A stretch of DNA of 64,000 nt from Lachnospiraceae bacterium (GTDB lineage Bacteria; Bacillota; Clostridia; Lachnospirales; Lachnospiraceae): NCBI GenBank assembly GCA_034086685.1, contig JAXDZY010000028.1:2057-66056 (forward strand), written 5' to 3'. The notes below the pieces were generated by a model. That model was not told where the DNA came from, searched no databases, and worked only from the letters and a program-made list of their open reading frames with translations. Below are positions 35,026-44,290 of this stretch, one piece after another. Numbering within the stretch: position 1 is the stretch's first letter; every line of letters starts with the position of its first letter. Position numbers and translations under genes: made by a program.

Positions 35026-37371
35026 CTACCTTACCTCATAGGACATGCCTTCAATGGACACGCCGTCCACAGTAACCGCTTTCTGACTGTAATTTACATA
35101 AATCTTTACGCCGTTGCTGTAAGTGACTTCCGCTACATTGCTGTCATGACGCACACGATCAATAATGTATGCGCCTTTCACCTGATCATTGATGGCCTTC
35201 AGCTCCTGATAATAGCGGATGATTTCCGGACGGTATACTTCATACCTGGAAGTATACAGATCAGAAGAATTTGTATACAGAAGGTCAACCGGATCTTCCT
35301 TTGTCAGATAGAAGGAAGGATAGATACCTGTTTCCACCAGTTCCAGGAAGAATCTGGAACTGTCTGCTTCAAAGTTTGTGTAAGCTCCGTACATGGGAAT
35401 AACGCCCTTAAGTGCCATGGAAAGGAAAGGAACTTCTTCGTCGGTAAAAATATAGTTGGAGGAATTTACCGGCATATCCAGAATACTTTCCGTATTTGCC
35501 CAGTAGCAGGACAGAGGGCTTTCCAGAGCCAGATTCATCTTCTCATCAATAGTGCTGATACTTTCTTTGAATGCATTCAGAGTATCCACGCGGCTGTACT
35601 GCTTTCCGCTGTAGTTATAACTGAACAGGTGATCACTGATACCCGTCAGAGCGAGGTTTGTCACATCGGATTTTTCATAACTTTTTACGGCACTGTTCAG
35701 CCTCTCAATGGCCTTTGAAGGTGTCTGGAAATTGAAATATTCATAAATTTCTTTATAAGTATTTTCTTTATAGACACTTTCATCCAGCTTCTTGATGACA
35801 TTGAATACCGTATTGACCGTATCGGGATTGGCACGCAGCGCATCCTGATACAGATAGAACCGGATTCCTTTTTCGGTGCTTTCTTCCACCAGTCCGGTCA
35901 GATCATGGGTTCCTCCAATGCTTCGGTCCGCTTTACAGGAGGTGATGGGAACGCTCCAGATACCGCCCTTCTGCCATCCTTTGTAGACGGAGAGGATATC
36001 GGTTACCTGTTCCGACTCCAGATCTTCATACATTTCTCTGATATCATCCGTGGTTGTCATGGTTACTGTTTTCTTGCCGATCATACCGTTTTCCCGGTCA
36101 TTTCCCAGAAAATCAAGACGCACACGGAAATCTGTATCTTCTGACTGCATGCCGTCCTGTTCCAGAAGATATTCCCGGTACTGATTTGCCATGCCCGCAT
36201 AGTCTGCTTCCTCACCGGAGTTAAACAGGTAGCGGATACGGATATCATAATCCGAACGGTTCTTTTCCTGTAGCTGAACAGAACTGTCACCTTTCTGGCT
36301 GGTCAGCTGTTTGTAGATCCGGCGCATGGTAAAACGGGGAGTAACCCAGTTATAATTTGTTACCGCACCATTGGGATAAGCAATAATACTGGCATCAACA
36401 GCGCCTTCTTCGATAATTGCAAGCATGGACATCTGTGTATCCGTATGAACCATGCCGTATACGGGAGCCATAACCAGCTCGGAATCATTGACGGTCTGAT
36501 ATTCATCCCAGAACAGTGACAGTACATAGCTTTCATCCACACCGGCATTATCACCCCATACCTTCAGAGTCAGAGGAGACGAAAATCTTCCGTCTTTATC
36601 ATCCAGGTAGATCAGAGCACCGTTTCCATCCGGCACCAGCATATAGCCGTCACGCTCAGATGCATAGGTGTAGCCCAGGAACGGATATACATACATGCTT
36701 CCGATTGTCACATCCTTCTGCTCCTCTTTAATGGATTCAGAGGGAATCTCAACCGTAAATCCTTCCCCTTCCAGCGCTACTGTCATCCGGAAAGAGATTT
36801 CATATTTTTTCAGGGTCACGTCTGCCGTAAATCCATCCGCGTTGACAGATACTTTGATATCCGCATCTGCGGAAAGCAGATCTGACCGTTCTTCATTCAG
36901 GCCGTTTAATATCAGAAAGCCCACACCTGACTGAATAAAGCTTCTCCACGTTGTATTCAGAGAGTCGTCCGGGTCACTGACCGTAGACTCCATGATGGCA
37001 CCATTTGCTTTATTGCGGATGATCAGGGACAGATTTTCTTCTTTCAGGTACATTTCCACAAGGTCATTTTCAGCAATTTTTTTATGTCCCTTGATACTGT
37101 CCGGGGACTTTTCGAAAACGGCCTCTTTCTGAGCCTCTTTTTTCTCGGAAGCAGAGACTTCTACATTTTCCACTGCCTGGCCGCCTTCTTCCACACCTGA
37201 CCCGGCTGCAGCTGCTTCAGCCTGAGCTGTATCCTGACCAGCTTCCCCTTCTGTTTCTTCTACCTCTGTGGCGAAAGCGGTACTCTGAGAAATAGGTGAA
37301 AATGCAAGACCAGCAGCCAGCAGAATGGCCAGAAAACGTTTGCTTTTCTTTTCAAAATTTTTATTTGCCAA
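35026..37371 (-). CDS. large secreted protein of unknown function (possibly DUF5696-like; glycoside-hydrolase-like suspicion only)
   Basis: The ORF-track start 37413 is a TTG. I prefer TTG 37371, which has GGAGAGGTGG 9 nt upstream and gives M-ANKNFEKKSKRFLAILLAAGLAFSPISQSTAFA, a signal peptide. About 780 aa with no recognised catalytic motif. Confidence 0.6.
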   Translation of the reverse strand: MANKNFEKKSKRFLAILLAAGLAFSPISQSTAFATEVEETEGEAGQDTAQAEAAAAGSGVEEGGQAVENVEVSASEKKEAQKEAVFEKSPDSIKGHKKIAENDLVEMYLKEENLSLIIRNKANGAIMESTVSDPDDSLNTTWRSFIQSGVGFLILNGLNEERSDLLSADADIKVSVNADGFTADVTLKKYEISFRMTVALEGEGFTVEIPSESIKEEQKDVTIGSMYVYPFLGYTYASERDGYMLVPDGNGALIYLDDKDGRFSSPLTLKVWGDNAGVDESYVLSLFWDEYQTVNDSELVMAPVYGMVHTDTQMSMLAIIEEGAVDASIIAYPNGAVTNYNWVTPRFTMRRIYKQLTSQKGDSSVQLQEKNRSDYDIRIRYLFNSGEEADYAGMANQYREYLLEQDGMQSEDTDFRVRLDFLGNDRENGMIGKKTVTMTTTDDIREMYEDLESEQVTDILSVYKGWQKGGIWSVPITSCKADRSIGGTHDLTGLVEESTEKGIRFYLYQDALRANPDTVNTVFNVIKKLDESVYKENTYKEIYEYFNFQTPSKAIERLNSAVKSYEKSDVTNLALTGISDHLFSYNYSGKQYSRVDTLNAFKESISTIDEKMNLALESPLSCYWANTESILDMPVNSSNYIFTDEEVPFLSMALKGVIPMYGAYTNFEADSSRFFLELVETGIYPSFYLTKEDPVDLLYTNSSDLYTSRYEVYRPEIIRYYQELKAINDQVKGAYIIDRVRHDSNVAEVTYSNGVKIYVNYSQKAVTVDGVSIEGMSYEVR

Positions 37372-39400
37372 TCCGATACACCACCTCTCCGAATATGGAA
37401 GCAATAAATTCAATAACCTGTCTGCAAAGCATGAACAGAATAAATGCCAGCAGTGCCAGAATCAGAACTGTAAACAGGGTAAAGAAAATAATCTTGAAGG
37501 TTTCTTTTACAGTATAGTTATTTGTCTCTTTAATCGTCATGAATACCAGGATTGCAACCCATGCAAAAATGAAGATTTCAGCAAACTGGATCAGGAATAC
37601 TTCGTTATAGGTAATAACATTACTGAGCAGAATGCAGAAAGGCTGCAGGATCACATAGGGAGCCAGACAGAATGCCAGACCGCAGTACAGACGCTTAAAG
37701 GTACTTTCACCATCATTGATGGTACACATCAGATAATTACAGATAACCAGCACCAGGAAAACACCGATCAGTGTCAGGATATCCGTTGCGATGGTATATC
37801 TGCCTTCACGGACTGTCCTCAGCAGGAAACCGCAGCAGTACTTGTTCAGCAGATAAATCAGTGTTGTCAGTCCGAGCATGATGTTTGCATTGAGAAATGC
37901 GCTCTTTCCTTCATACCTGAGTCCGTAAGCACCATCCACCGGATGTTTCATGTAATAGAACATGTACATGAATCTTGTCCATACACCGCTGCCCCGGATT
38001 CCTTCCGTTGCTTTGATTACGGGATTAAAGATTCCTTTTTTCTTCTGGAAACGTTTCAAAAGGCTGATCACCAGAATAATCAGTACGATTACACCCACTG
38101 CAGGGATCATGTTGTTTCTCAGCCAGGTATTGCGCACTTCCCAGAAAGCATCGGAATATACGCTGAAGGCTTTTGATACTCTTGCATATTTCAGTGCGTT
38201 TTCATAATCTTCTTCCTGAAGATAGGAACGGCTCATTGCCTCATTTGCATAGTCGAATAAACTGTTCATTTCCAGGACTTTTTCCAGAGGCTCCTTGCTT
38301 TCCGAATACCGTCCGTTTTCATACAGATTCAGAGCTTCATGCAGCAGGTTGGTAAACTCGGTTGCACGGAATACCTGTACCTGACAGCTGTCGGAGTCCA
38401 GAATATAAAGATTATCACCGGCATCCACATCAATTGCTTCAACCTTTTTACTTAAACCGATTCGAAAACGTCCGTCATCACGTCCGCCGAATACGAACAG
38501 CATATCGCCTTCCGAGTTGTATTCATAAATATAACCGTCAGAAGATGCCACATAGATATTGTCATGATTACCTACCGCAACCGCTGTTTCCTTACCGTCA
38601 TATGCATCGGGCTCGATCAGGTTGGAACCGGCAATATTCAGCTTTTTCAGGCTGCTTTCTTTTTCACCGGGTGTTACGGTGTAGATCAGCCCCTGTTCGT
38701 CAATTGCCACATTTACAGGTGTTGCAGGCAGATTGCTTACCATCTTCGCCAGCTGTGCATCGGTAAAGACAGCTTCCTGCACCATTCTCAGCAGGCTGAC
38801 AGAAGCGTAGTTGGTACCGAAGTACCCCAGGAAAGTACCGCCCTCTGTGGGAGTCAGCTGTACCAGACCATTTCCGTTACCTTCGCAGACAATATACATA
38901 TCTCCGCCTGCGTTTACAACGATCTTAATGGGTTTAAAATCGCCGCTTCCGTATAAAGGATGATTGGGCTTTGCATATTCTGCAGTCACTTTGCCGTCTT
39001 TATCAAATACATAAACTTTACCGGAGTGATCTGCCACATATACGGCCTTATCATCTGTTACAAACACGCCATAGGGCTCTTTCAGAATTCCTTCTCCATA
39101 AACAGAAACCAGATTGCCTTCCAGGTCTGTCTCATAGACAACCCCGGCTCCGGCATCCGCAATATACATATATCCGTCTTCCGTTACCTTGAGATCCTTG
39201 GGGTTAACCATAGAATAATCTCCCAGCTTCACAATGGAAGTTTCGGGCATATATGCAGTCTGTGTCTCTGTCACATAGCCGTATCCGTCAATGGTATAGG
39301 TCTTATAGGGCACCGCCGCACCTGCAGACATGGGAAATACCATTGTGAGGACCAGAAGGAGCAGAAGAACGCCAGCGCACTGTTTTGTCCACTTTTTCAT
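37361..39400 (-). CDS. fusion protein: signal peptide + NHL-repeat beta-propeller + TPR-like segment + C-terminal Yip1-type polytopic membrane domain
   Basis: 679 aa.
- Repeated motifs of the type VYVADHSGKVYVFDKDGKV, MYIADAGAGVVYETDLEGN and IYVASSDGYIYEYNSEGDM (NHL-like blades).
- A TPR-like segment: EALNLYENGRYSESKEPLEKVLEMN...YENALKYARV.
- Then about 6 TM helices with MKHPVDGAYGLRYEGK, as in Yip1-family proteins. Confidence 0.7.
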   Translation of the reverse strand: MKKWTKQCAGVLLLLLVLTMVFPMSAGAAVPYKTYTIDGYGYVTETQTAYMPETSIVKLGDYSMVNPKDLKVTEDGYMYIADAGAGVVYETDLEGNLVSVYGEGILKEPYGVFVTDDKAVYVADHSGKVYVFDKDGKVTAEYAKPNHPLYGSGDFKPIKIVVNAGGDMYIVCEGNGNGLVQLTPTEGGTFLGYFGTNYASVSLLRMVQEAVFTDAQLAKMVSNLPATPVNVAIDEQGLIYTVTPGEKESSLKKLNIAGSNLIEPDAYDGKETAVAVGNHDNIYVASSDGYIYEYNSEGDMLFVFGGRDDGRFRIGLSKKVEAIDVDAGDNLYILDSDSCQVQVFRATEFTNLLHEALNLYENGRYSESKEPLEKVLEMNSLFDYANEAMSRSYLQEEDYENALKYARVSKAFSVYSDAFWEVRNTWLRNNMIPAVGVIVLIILVISLLKRFQKKKGIFNPVIKATEGIRGSGVWTRFMYMFYYMKHPVDGAYGLRYEGKSAFLNANIMLGLTTLIYLLNKYCCGFLLRTVREGRYTIATDILTLIGVFLVLVICNYLMCTINDGESTFKRLYCGLAFCLAPYVILQPFCILLSNVITYNEVFLIQFAEIFIFAWVAILVFMTIKETNNYTVKETFKIIFFTLFTVLILALLAFILFMLCRQVIEFIASIFGEVVYRIGK

Positions 39401-39412
39401 CTTCTCCCCTCC

Positions 39413-40285
39413 TTATTTGATACCGGAATGGGCCATTGTATTCATGACACTCTTCTGGCATAAGATAAACATCAGCAGGTTCGGTACGAACATGATCAGC
39501 GTTGCTGCGGCAGCAACACCCTGGCCGGCAACCGTGTTGTTGGCATTGGTCAGTGTATTCATATAGAACGCCAGCGTACGCAGACCATCTTCATTCATAT
39601 ACAGATTGGAGGTTTCCACATTGATCCATACCTGCTGGAATGCCAGGATGGCTGATGTGGCAACTGCAGGACGCACCAGCGGGAAAATGATTTTCCAGTA
39701 AACGATAAAATCATTTGCACCGTCCATATAGGCAGCGTCGATAAGCGCATCCGGGATCTGGTCGATGAACTGTTTTACCAGGAACAGACTTACCGGCATC
39801 GCTACCAGAGGCAGGATGTGCGCCAGATAATTATTGGTCATACCCAGCTGTTTGATAATCAGATAACGGGGAATCATAACCGCCACCGGCACAAACATCA
39901 GGGCCATATTATTGATTTCCATCAGGGCTTCTTTCCCTTTGAATTTCAGTTTGGAAAGAGCAAAGCCCGCAGAGGTGGAAAGCACGATGGACAGCAGAAC
40001 GTCTGCCACAGTAACAATCAAACTGTTAAATACATAACGGCTCAGCGGAATTCCCGAGGTCTGAGATGCTTTCATCAGATCACGGAAGTTGTCCAGCGTG
40101 GGTCTCGTTACAAAAAACCTGGGAGGAAACGCAAACAGCTCTTCCACCGGTTTGAATGCATGACAGATGATATAAATGATCGGCAGAATCATGAAGATTG
40201 CCAGCGGCAGTACTGCAATGATCAGTTTGATCTGACCGCGTTCAAATCGTTTCGGATTAATATTACTTCCTCTGTATCCAGCCAT
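39413..40285 (-). CDS. carbohydrate ABC transporter permease (MalG-like)
   Basis: Start at MAGYRGSNINPK (ATG 40285, RBS AAGGAGGA). EAA loop DAAYMDGANDFIVYWKIIFP. Confidence 0.85.
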   Translation of the reverse strand: MAGYRGSNINPKRFERGQIKLIIAVLPLAIFMILPIIYIICHAFKPVEELFAFPPRFFVTRPTLDNFRDLMKASQTSGIPLSRYVFNSLIVTVADVLLSIVLSTSAGFALSKLKFKGKEALMEINNMALMFVPVAVMIPRYLIIKQLGMTNNYLAHILPLVAMPVSLFLVKQFIDQIPDALIDAAYMDGANDFIVYWKIIFPLVRPAVATSAILAFQQVWINVETSNLYMNEDGLRTLAFYMNTLTNANNTVAGQGVAAAATLIMFVPNLLMFILCQKSVMNTMAHSGIK

Positions 40286-40301
40286 ATTCCGTCCTCCTTT
40301 C

Positions 40302-41225
40302 TCAATCTTTTTCCGCAAACAGTTTCTTCGCAACAGTGGAGAACAGCCATACGATACCAAGCAGTACTACTGAGATGGCAGCGGCATAACCCATTTCATA
40401 ACGAATGAAACCGTAGTCTTCAATATGGTTAACAATTAACTGTGCAGCATATCCGGGTGTCGGATTTACACCGGTCAGCATAACGCCGATGGTACCGTTG
40501 CCGAATGTATTTACAATGGCCATAACCGCACCGAACAGCATCTGGGGTTTCATGGTGGGGATCGTAATATAGATCATCTCCTGAAAACGGTTCTTGATAC
40601 CGTCCAGAGCACCTGCTTCGTACAATTCCTCATCCGCATTCAGAATACCTGCCAGCATGGCCAGGAAACCTACACCCATACTGCTCCATAATGCAACAAT
40701 GATAACGATAGGAAGCAGATAGCGGGTATCTACCAGCCACACGATGGGCTCTGTGATAATACCCAGATTCATCAGGATACTGTTCAGATAACCGGTCTGA
40801 TCACCGGTGAAAATAATCTTCCATACAACTGCCATGGCAACACCTGAAGTCATACTGGGTGAATAGAAAATCAGAGCCAGAATCGTTCTGGGAACATTGG
40901 ACAGCTGAGCCAGCATCCATGCCAGAAGGAAAGATAACAGATAACCTCCCACTCCGACAATAATTACGTAAATAACCGTGTTGGGCAGAACATACTGCAT
41001 AAAGATTTCATCCTGAGTGATCAGGTTGATGTAATTCATAAACCCTACAAAATCAGGAAATGAGATCGTATCAAAGTTGGTAAAGGACAACAGAATTGCC
41101 ATGAGCATGGGAGCTATGATGAATGTCACAAACAGTACAAGGTAGGGAAGCAAAAATAAATATGCTCTCTTATTGCCCGATTCCCGTTTGGCAATGTTGT
41201 TCTTTTTTCCCGCAGGACGTTTCAT
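40302..41225 (-). CDS. sugar ABC transporter permease (MalF-like)
   Basis: Start at [10 protein letters not shown] (ATG 41225, RBS AAAGGAGGAA). EAA loop [21 protein letters not shown]. Confidence 0.85.
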   Translation of the reverse strand: MKRPAGKKNNIAKRESGNKRAYLFLLPYLVLFVTFIIAPMLMAILLSFTNFDTISFPDFVGFMNYINLITQDEIFMQYVLPNTVIYVIIVGVGGYLLSFLLAWMLAQLSNVPRTILALIFYSPSMTSGVAMAVVWKIIFTGDQTGYLNSILMNLGIITEPIVWLVDTRYLLPIVIIVALWSSMGVGFLAMLAGILNADEELYEAGALDGIKNRFQEMIYITIPTMKPQMLFGAVMAIVNTFGNGTIGVMLTGVNPTPGYAAQLIVNHIEDYGFIRYEMGYAAAISVVLLGIVWLFSTVAKKLFAEKD

Positions 41226-44200
41226 TCTGCTGTTCCTCCTTTCCCCAAAGCGCATTCATTCAGGATTTCTTCAACACGATCCAGTGTGGGAACCACATAA
41301 GGTGTGATTACATTTCCGTTGGCATCGTTGTATCCGAATTCCTCCAGCTTACGTTCTGTTTCACGATTGATCCGCTTCGTGGCGTTATCCAGAGTACGCC
41401 TCAGATTCTTGCCGTCCACGACAATCGAGTTATATGCATTACTGATTTCACGTTCAACCATGTAGCTGCCGGGAAGTCTGGGAGATTCGTAGATCCATTC
41501 AGCCTGTTCCAGAATCGTATTCTTGTCGATGGTCTTCCAGGGAAGGAGACCAAACGCTTCTTTATTGGCTGTATTCCACATGTAGGTGGAACCGTAGGTA
41601 ATCTGCAGAGTCTGTCCGAACTCGGCCTGTACCTCTGTGGAGGACCACCATTTCATGAATTCCCATGCCTGAGCTTCCCGCTCATCACCGGACTCAAACA
41701 TAACGGTACTTTCCGCACCACCTGAGATATAACGCGAAACATTTCCATTCTCATCTTCCACACCGGGAACAGGAGAAATGGTCCAGCTGTTGGCAATTTC
41801 CGGAGCAGCGTTCAGCAGCATGTTGTATACGGCATAATCCGCAATACCGATGGGCAGTGAACCGTTTCGGAAATGCTGATAAAAGTTGGGGATATCCTTG
41901 GGCAGGTTATAAATGGTAAACAGCTCTGTCAGTTCCTTGAAACCTTTTACGGATTCCTCGCTGGTCAGGTTTGAATCTCCGGCTGTTTCCTTATAAAGGC
42001 TGCCGCCGTTCTGCAGGATCAGAGGCGTTGTTCCATGAAAGTTTCTCATGGAAAGCATACCTGCAGTAGGGTAGTAAAAATTCATGCCGCGCATCTGAAG
42101 ACTGGGCAGCAGATTCTTCACATCCTGAATCGTGTCGGGAATCTCAAGACCCAGCTGATCAAAAATATCCGTACGTACATAAAGTACCCAGAAATTCATG
42201 GTCTCCGGCAGAGAATAGATTCCGTCATCGATGGTGGAAGGAATCAGAAGACCCTCCTCAAACCGTTCTGCCACATCCGCAAAGTCATCAAATTCCGTAA
42301 GATCCTTCAACGCTCCGCGGATACCCAGTTCAAAAGGAACCGCATAATTAATACCGGTGGCAATATCCGGTGCATCTCCGGATGCATTGGCCAGAATCAG
42401 TTTGTTCTGATCGGGCATCAGTGCCAGATCCACTTCAATTCCTGTTTTGGGGGTGAAATCTTCATCGATCATTTTCTGCATGATTTCCAGATACTGTCTG
42501 GAACGGTTTACCCATACCTGCAGATGTTCTTCGTTGGTATTGCCGGTTGAATAAGCCTGAGAAGCAAACGACGTTACAAAACGTTTCACACTTGATGCCA
42601 CAGACTTGACAATTCCTGCATTTCCGGGAAGCTTTGCATCTTTCTGATAGATGTAGATCCGGTCAATGGCCAGCTCGTTTTTATTCAGATTATCAATCAG
42701 ATTCGCCAGAAACTGATTGACGGAGTTGGTACTTGTGGTCAGCTCTGAAACTCTGTATGCCAGCTGATCCGGTTCCGATGCCAGACTGCGAAGCTGCTCG
42801 GATGCAATCTGAGCAGATGAAAAAGCACCGATTTCTTTTACTCCTGGAGTATAAACCAGCATACTTTCACACAGACTGTCCAGCTTGTCCGCATATTCAT
42901 TCAGACGGGTCACTGCATCGGGAATATAGCTTTCAATATCCAGATCACGATATTTATCCTTATTTGTACCTGCAACTTTTGTGATCTGCAGATTCAGGCT
43001 GTTGACACCGCTCATGATCTCATCAATGCCTTCCAGTACTTTGCAGAGCGGATCTGCCGCAATGGTAAAGGAAACTGTATGTACACCCTTTTCCAGATAA
43101 ATTCCCATGGAATTATCATCCTGATCCTTAAAGGCAGCTGCCTGATACTTCTTTCCGTATTTCAGTGCATAATTGAAGAATTCATCATTGGGAATCCTGC
43201 CATCCACTTCCACGTTGACAAATACCGGAAAATCTGCTTTTTCACTCTGCAGATAATTCATGGCAAGATAATAAACACCTTCTTCTTCCACTTCAAACTG
43301 ATAGGTTACCTGACTTCCTGCATCAGAAAAAGATTCTGAATCAATGGTATTCAGTGCCTTGGTCTTCACTTCATAGGGATCCAGATTAATATTATATTCA
43401 CATGCTGCACGGATTGAGGACGCGTTCCGTCTGTACATGTTTTCTCCCTGAAGTGTAATCACCTTATCGCCGGCCATGGCTTCCTGAGCACCTTCATAAG
43501 CTGGAATATCGGCCTCCGATACCGGCTCCAGATAAAGATTTCCCAGCAGTACAGTGCCTTCCAGCATTGTAATGTCCAGTTCGTTCTCTCCCTTTTTCAG
43601 CTCAACCGCCAGGGGGCTTGTGTGACGATAGGTACTGTCCATGATATACTTATTTTCCCATTCCCTGATCTTTTCAGGTACCGGAACAATCTGATTGCCG
43701 TAACGGTCATAGGAGATTTCTTCCGGATCTTCCCACTGTGCTTCAAATGTCAGATCACGCAGCTCATAGAACTGATAATCACCATTTACCATCATGGAAA
43801 ATTCGATGGGAAGTACGGTATCCCCCGCGTCCAGATAATCCAGACTGATCAGATATCTCGCCGTTTCCGGCGCTTCGATCACAAGCTTTCCGCTGTCGCC
43901 AACAGTCAGCTGGGGAACCGGTGAAGAATAACCAAAATTATCACTGGCTGTAACAGCTCCGATTCCGGGCCGGAAAACATCCTGAATCTGATATTCCAGC
44001 TTTCTCCCCTGGTAATAAGGGGTCTGGGAAGCTCCGTCCACTACAGTATAATTCTTCTCAATCATTTCATTGGAAAAATCTTCATCTGTAATGTAATTAC
44101 CTTCAGATGCAGCAGGCACATCTTCCGTTTTGTCGGATGATGTCTCATCCAAGCTTCCGGTCGCGGAAACCGTCATGCCCGATGTCAGCAGAATCAATGC

Positions 44201-44242
44201 CAGCATCAGAGCTGCAAGCCGGGTTTTCTTTCCTCTTCGCAT
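41222..44242 (-). CDS. 1006-aa extracellular protein: signal peptide + two beta-sandwich (CBM-like) modules + helical linker + family-1 solute-binding domain
   Basis: - Signal [29 protein letters not shown].
- The N-terminal half has two segments with the GxYxL...V.V.V[DN]G pattern: [11 protein letters not shown]...FSMMVNGD and [11 protein letters not shown]...VNVEVDGR.
- The C-terminal ~450 aa is SBP-like: [33 protein letters not shown].... Confidence 0.7.
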   Translation of the reverse strand: MRRGKKTRLAALMLALILLTSGMTVSATGSLDETSSDKTEDVPAASEGNYITDEDFSNEMIEKNYTVVDGASQTPYYQGRKLEYQIQDVFRPGIGAVTASDNFGYSSPVPQLTVGDSGKLVIEAPETARYLISLDYLDAGDTVLPIEFSMMVNGDYQFYELRDLTFEAQWEDPEEISYDRYGNQIVPVPEKIREWENKYIMDSTYRHTSPLAVELKKGENELDITMLEGTVLLGNLYLEPVSEADIPAYEGAQEAMAGDKVITLQGENMYRRNASSIRAACEYNINLDPYEVKTKALNTIDSESFSDAGSQVTYQFEVEEEGVYYLAMNYLQSEKADFPVFVNVEVDGRIPNDEFFNYALKYGKKYQAAAFKDQDDNSMGIYLEKGVHTVSFTIAADPLCKVLEGIDEIMSGVNSLNLQITKVAGTNKDKYRDLDIESYIPDAVTRLNEYADKLDSLCESMLVYTPGVKEIGAFSSAQIASEQLRSLASEPDQLAYRVSELTTSTNSVNQFLANLIDNLNKNELAIDRIYIYQKDAKLPGNAGIVKSVASSVKRFVTSFASQAYSTGNTNEEHLQVWVNRSRQYLEIMQKMIDEDFTPKTGIEVDLALMPDQNKLILANASGDAPDIATGINYAVPFELGIRGALKDLTEFDDFADVAERFEEGLLIPSTIDDGIYSLPETMNFWVLYVRTDIFDQLGLEIPDTIQDVKNLLPSLQMRGMNFYYPTAGMLSMRNFHGTTPLILQNGGSLYKETAGDSNLTSEESVKGFKELTELFTIYNLPKDIPNFYQHFRNGSLPIGIADYAVYNMLLNAAPEIANSWTISPVPGVEDENGNVSRYISGGAESTVMFESGDEREAQAWEFMKWWSSTEVQAEFGQTLQITYGSTYMWNTANKEAFGLLPWKTIDKNTILEQAEWIYESPRLPGSYMVEREISNAYNSIVVDGKNLRRTLDNATKRINRETERKLEEFGYNDANGNVITPYVVPTLDRVEEILNECALGKGGTAE

Positions 44243-44290
44243 ATCATTCCTCCTTTTTCTTATTTTTCCTTATTTTATTACTTTCCAGAG

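Noticed and set aside
34951-35718. 255-aa plus-strand ORF across the permease / large-secreted-protein junction. The same applies to 37325..38176, 38960..39463, 39818..40408, 42035..42550, 49453..50208, 53562..54116 and 62472..63239.
   Set aside because: All lie antisense to well-supported minus-strand genes. They lack RBSs and have His/Cys/Phe/Ile-rich nonsense composition.
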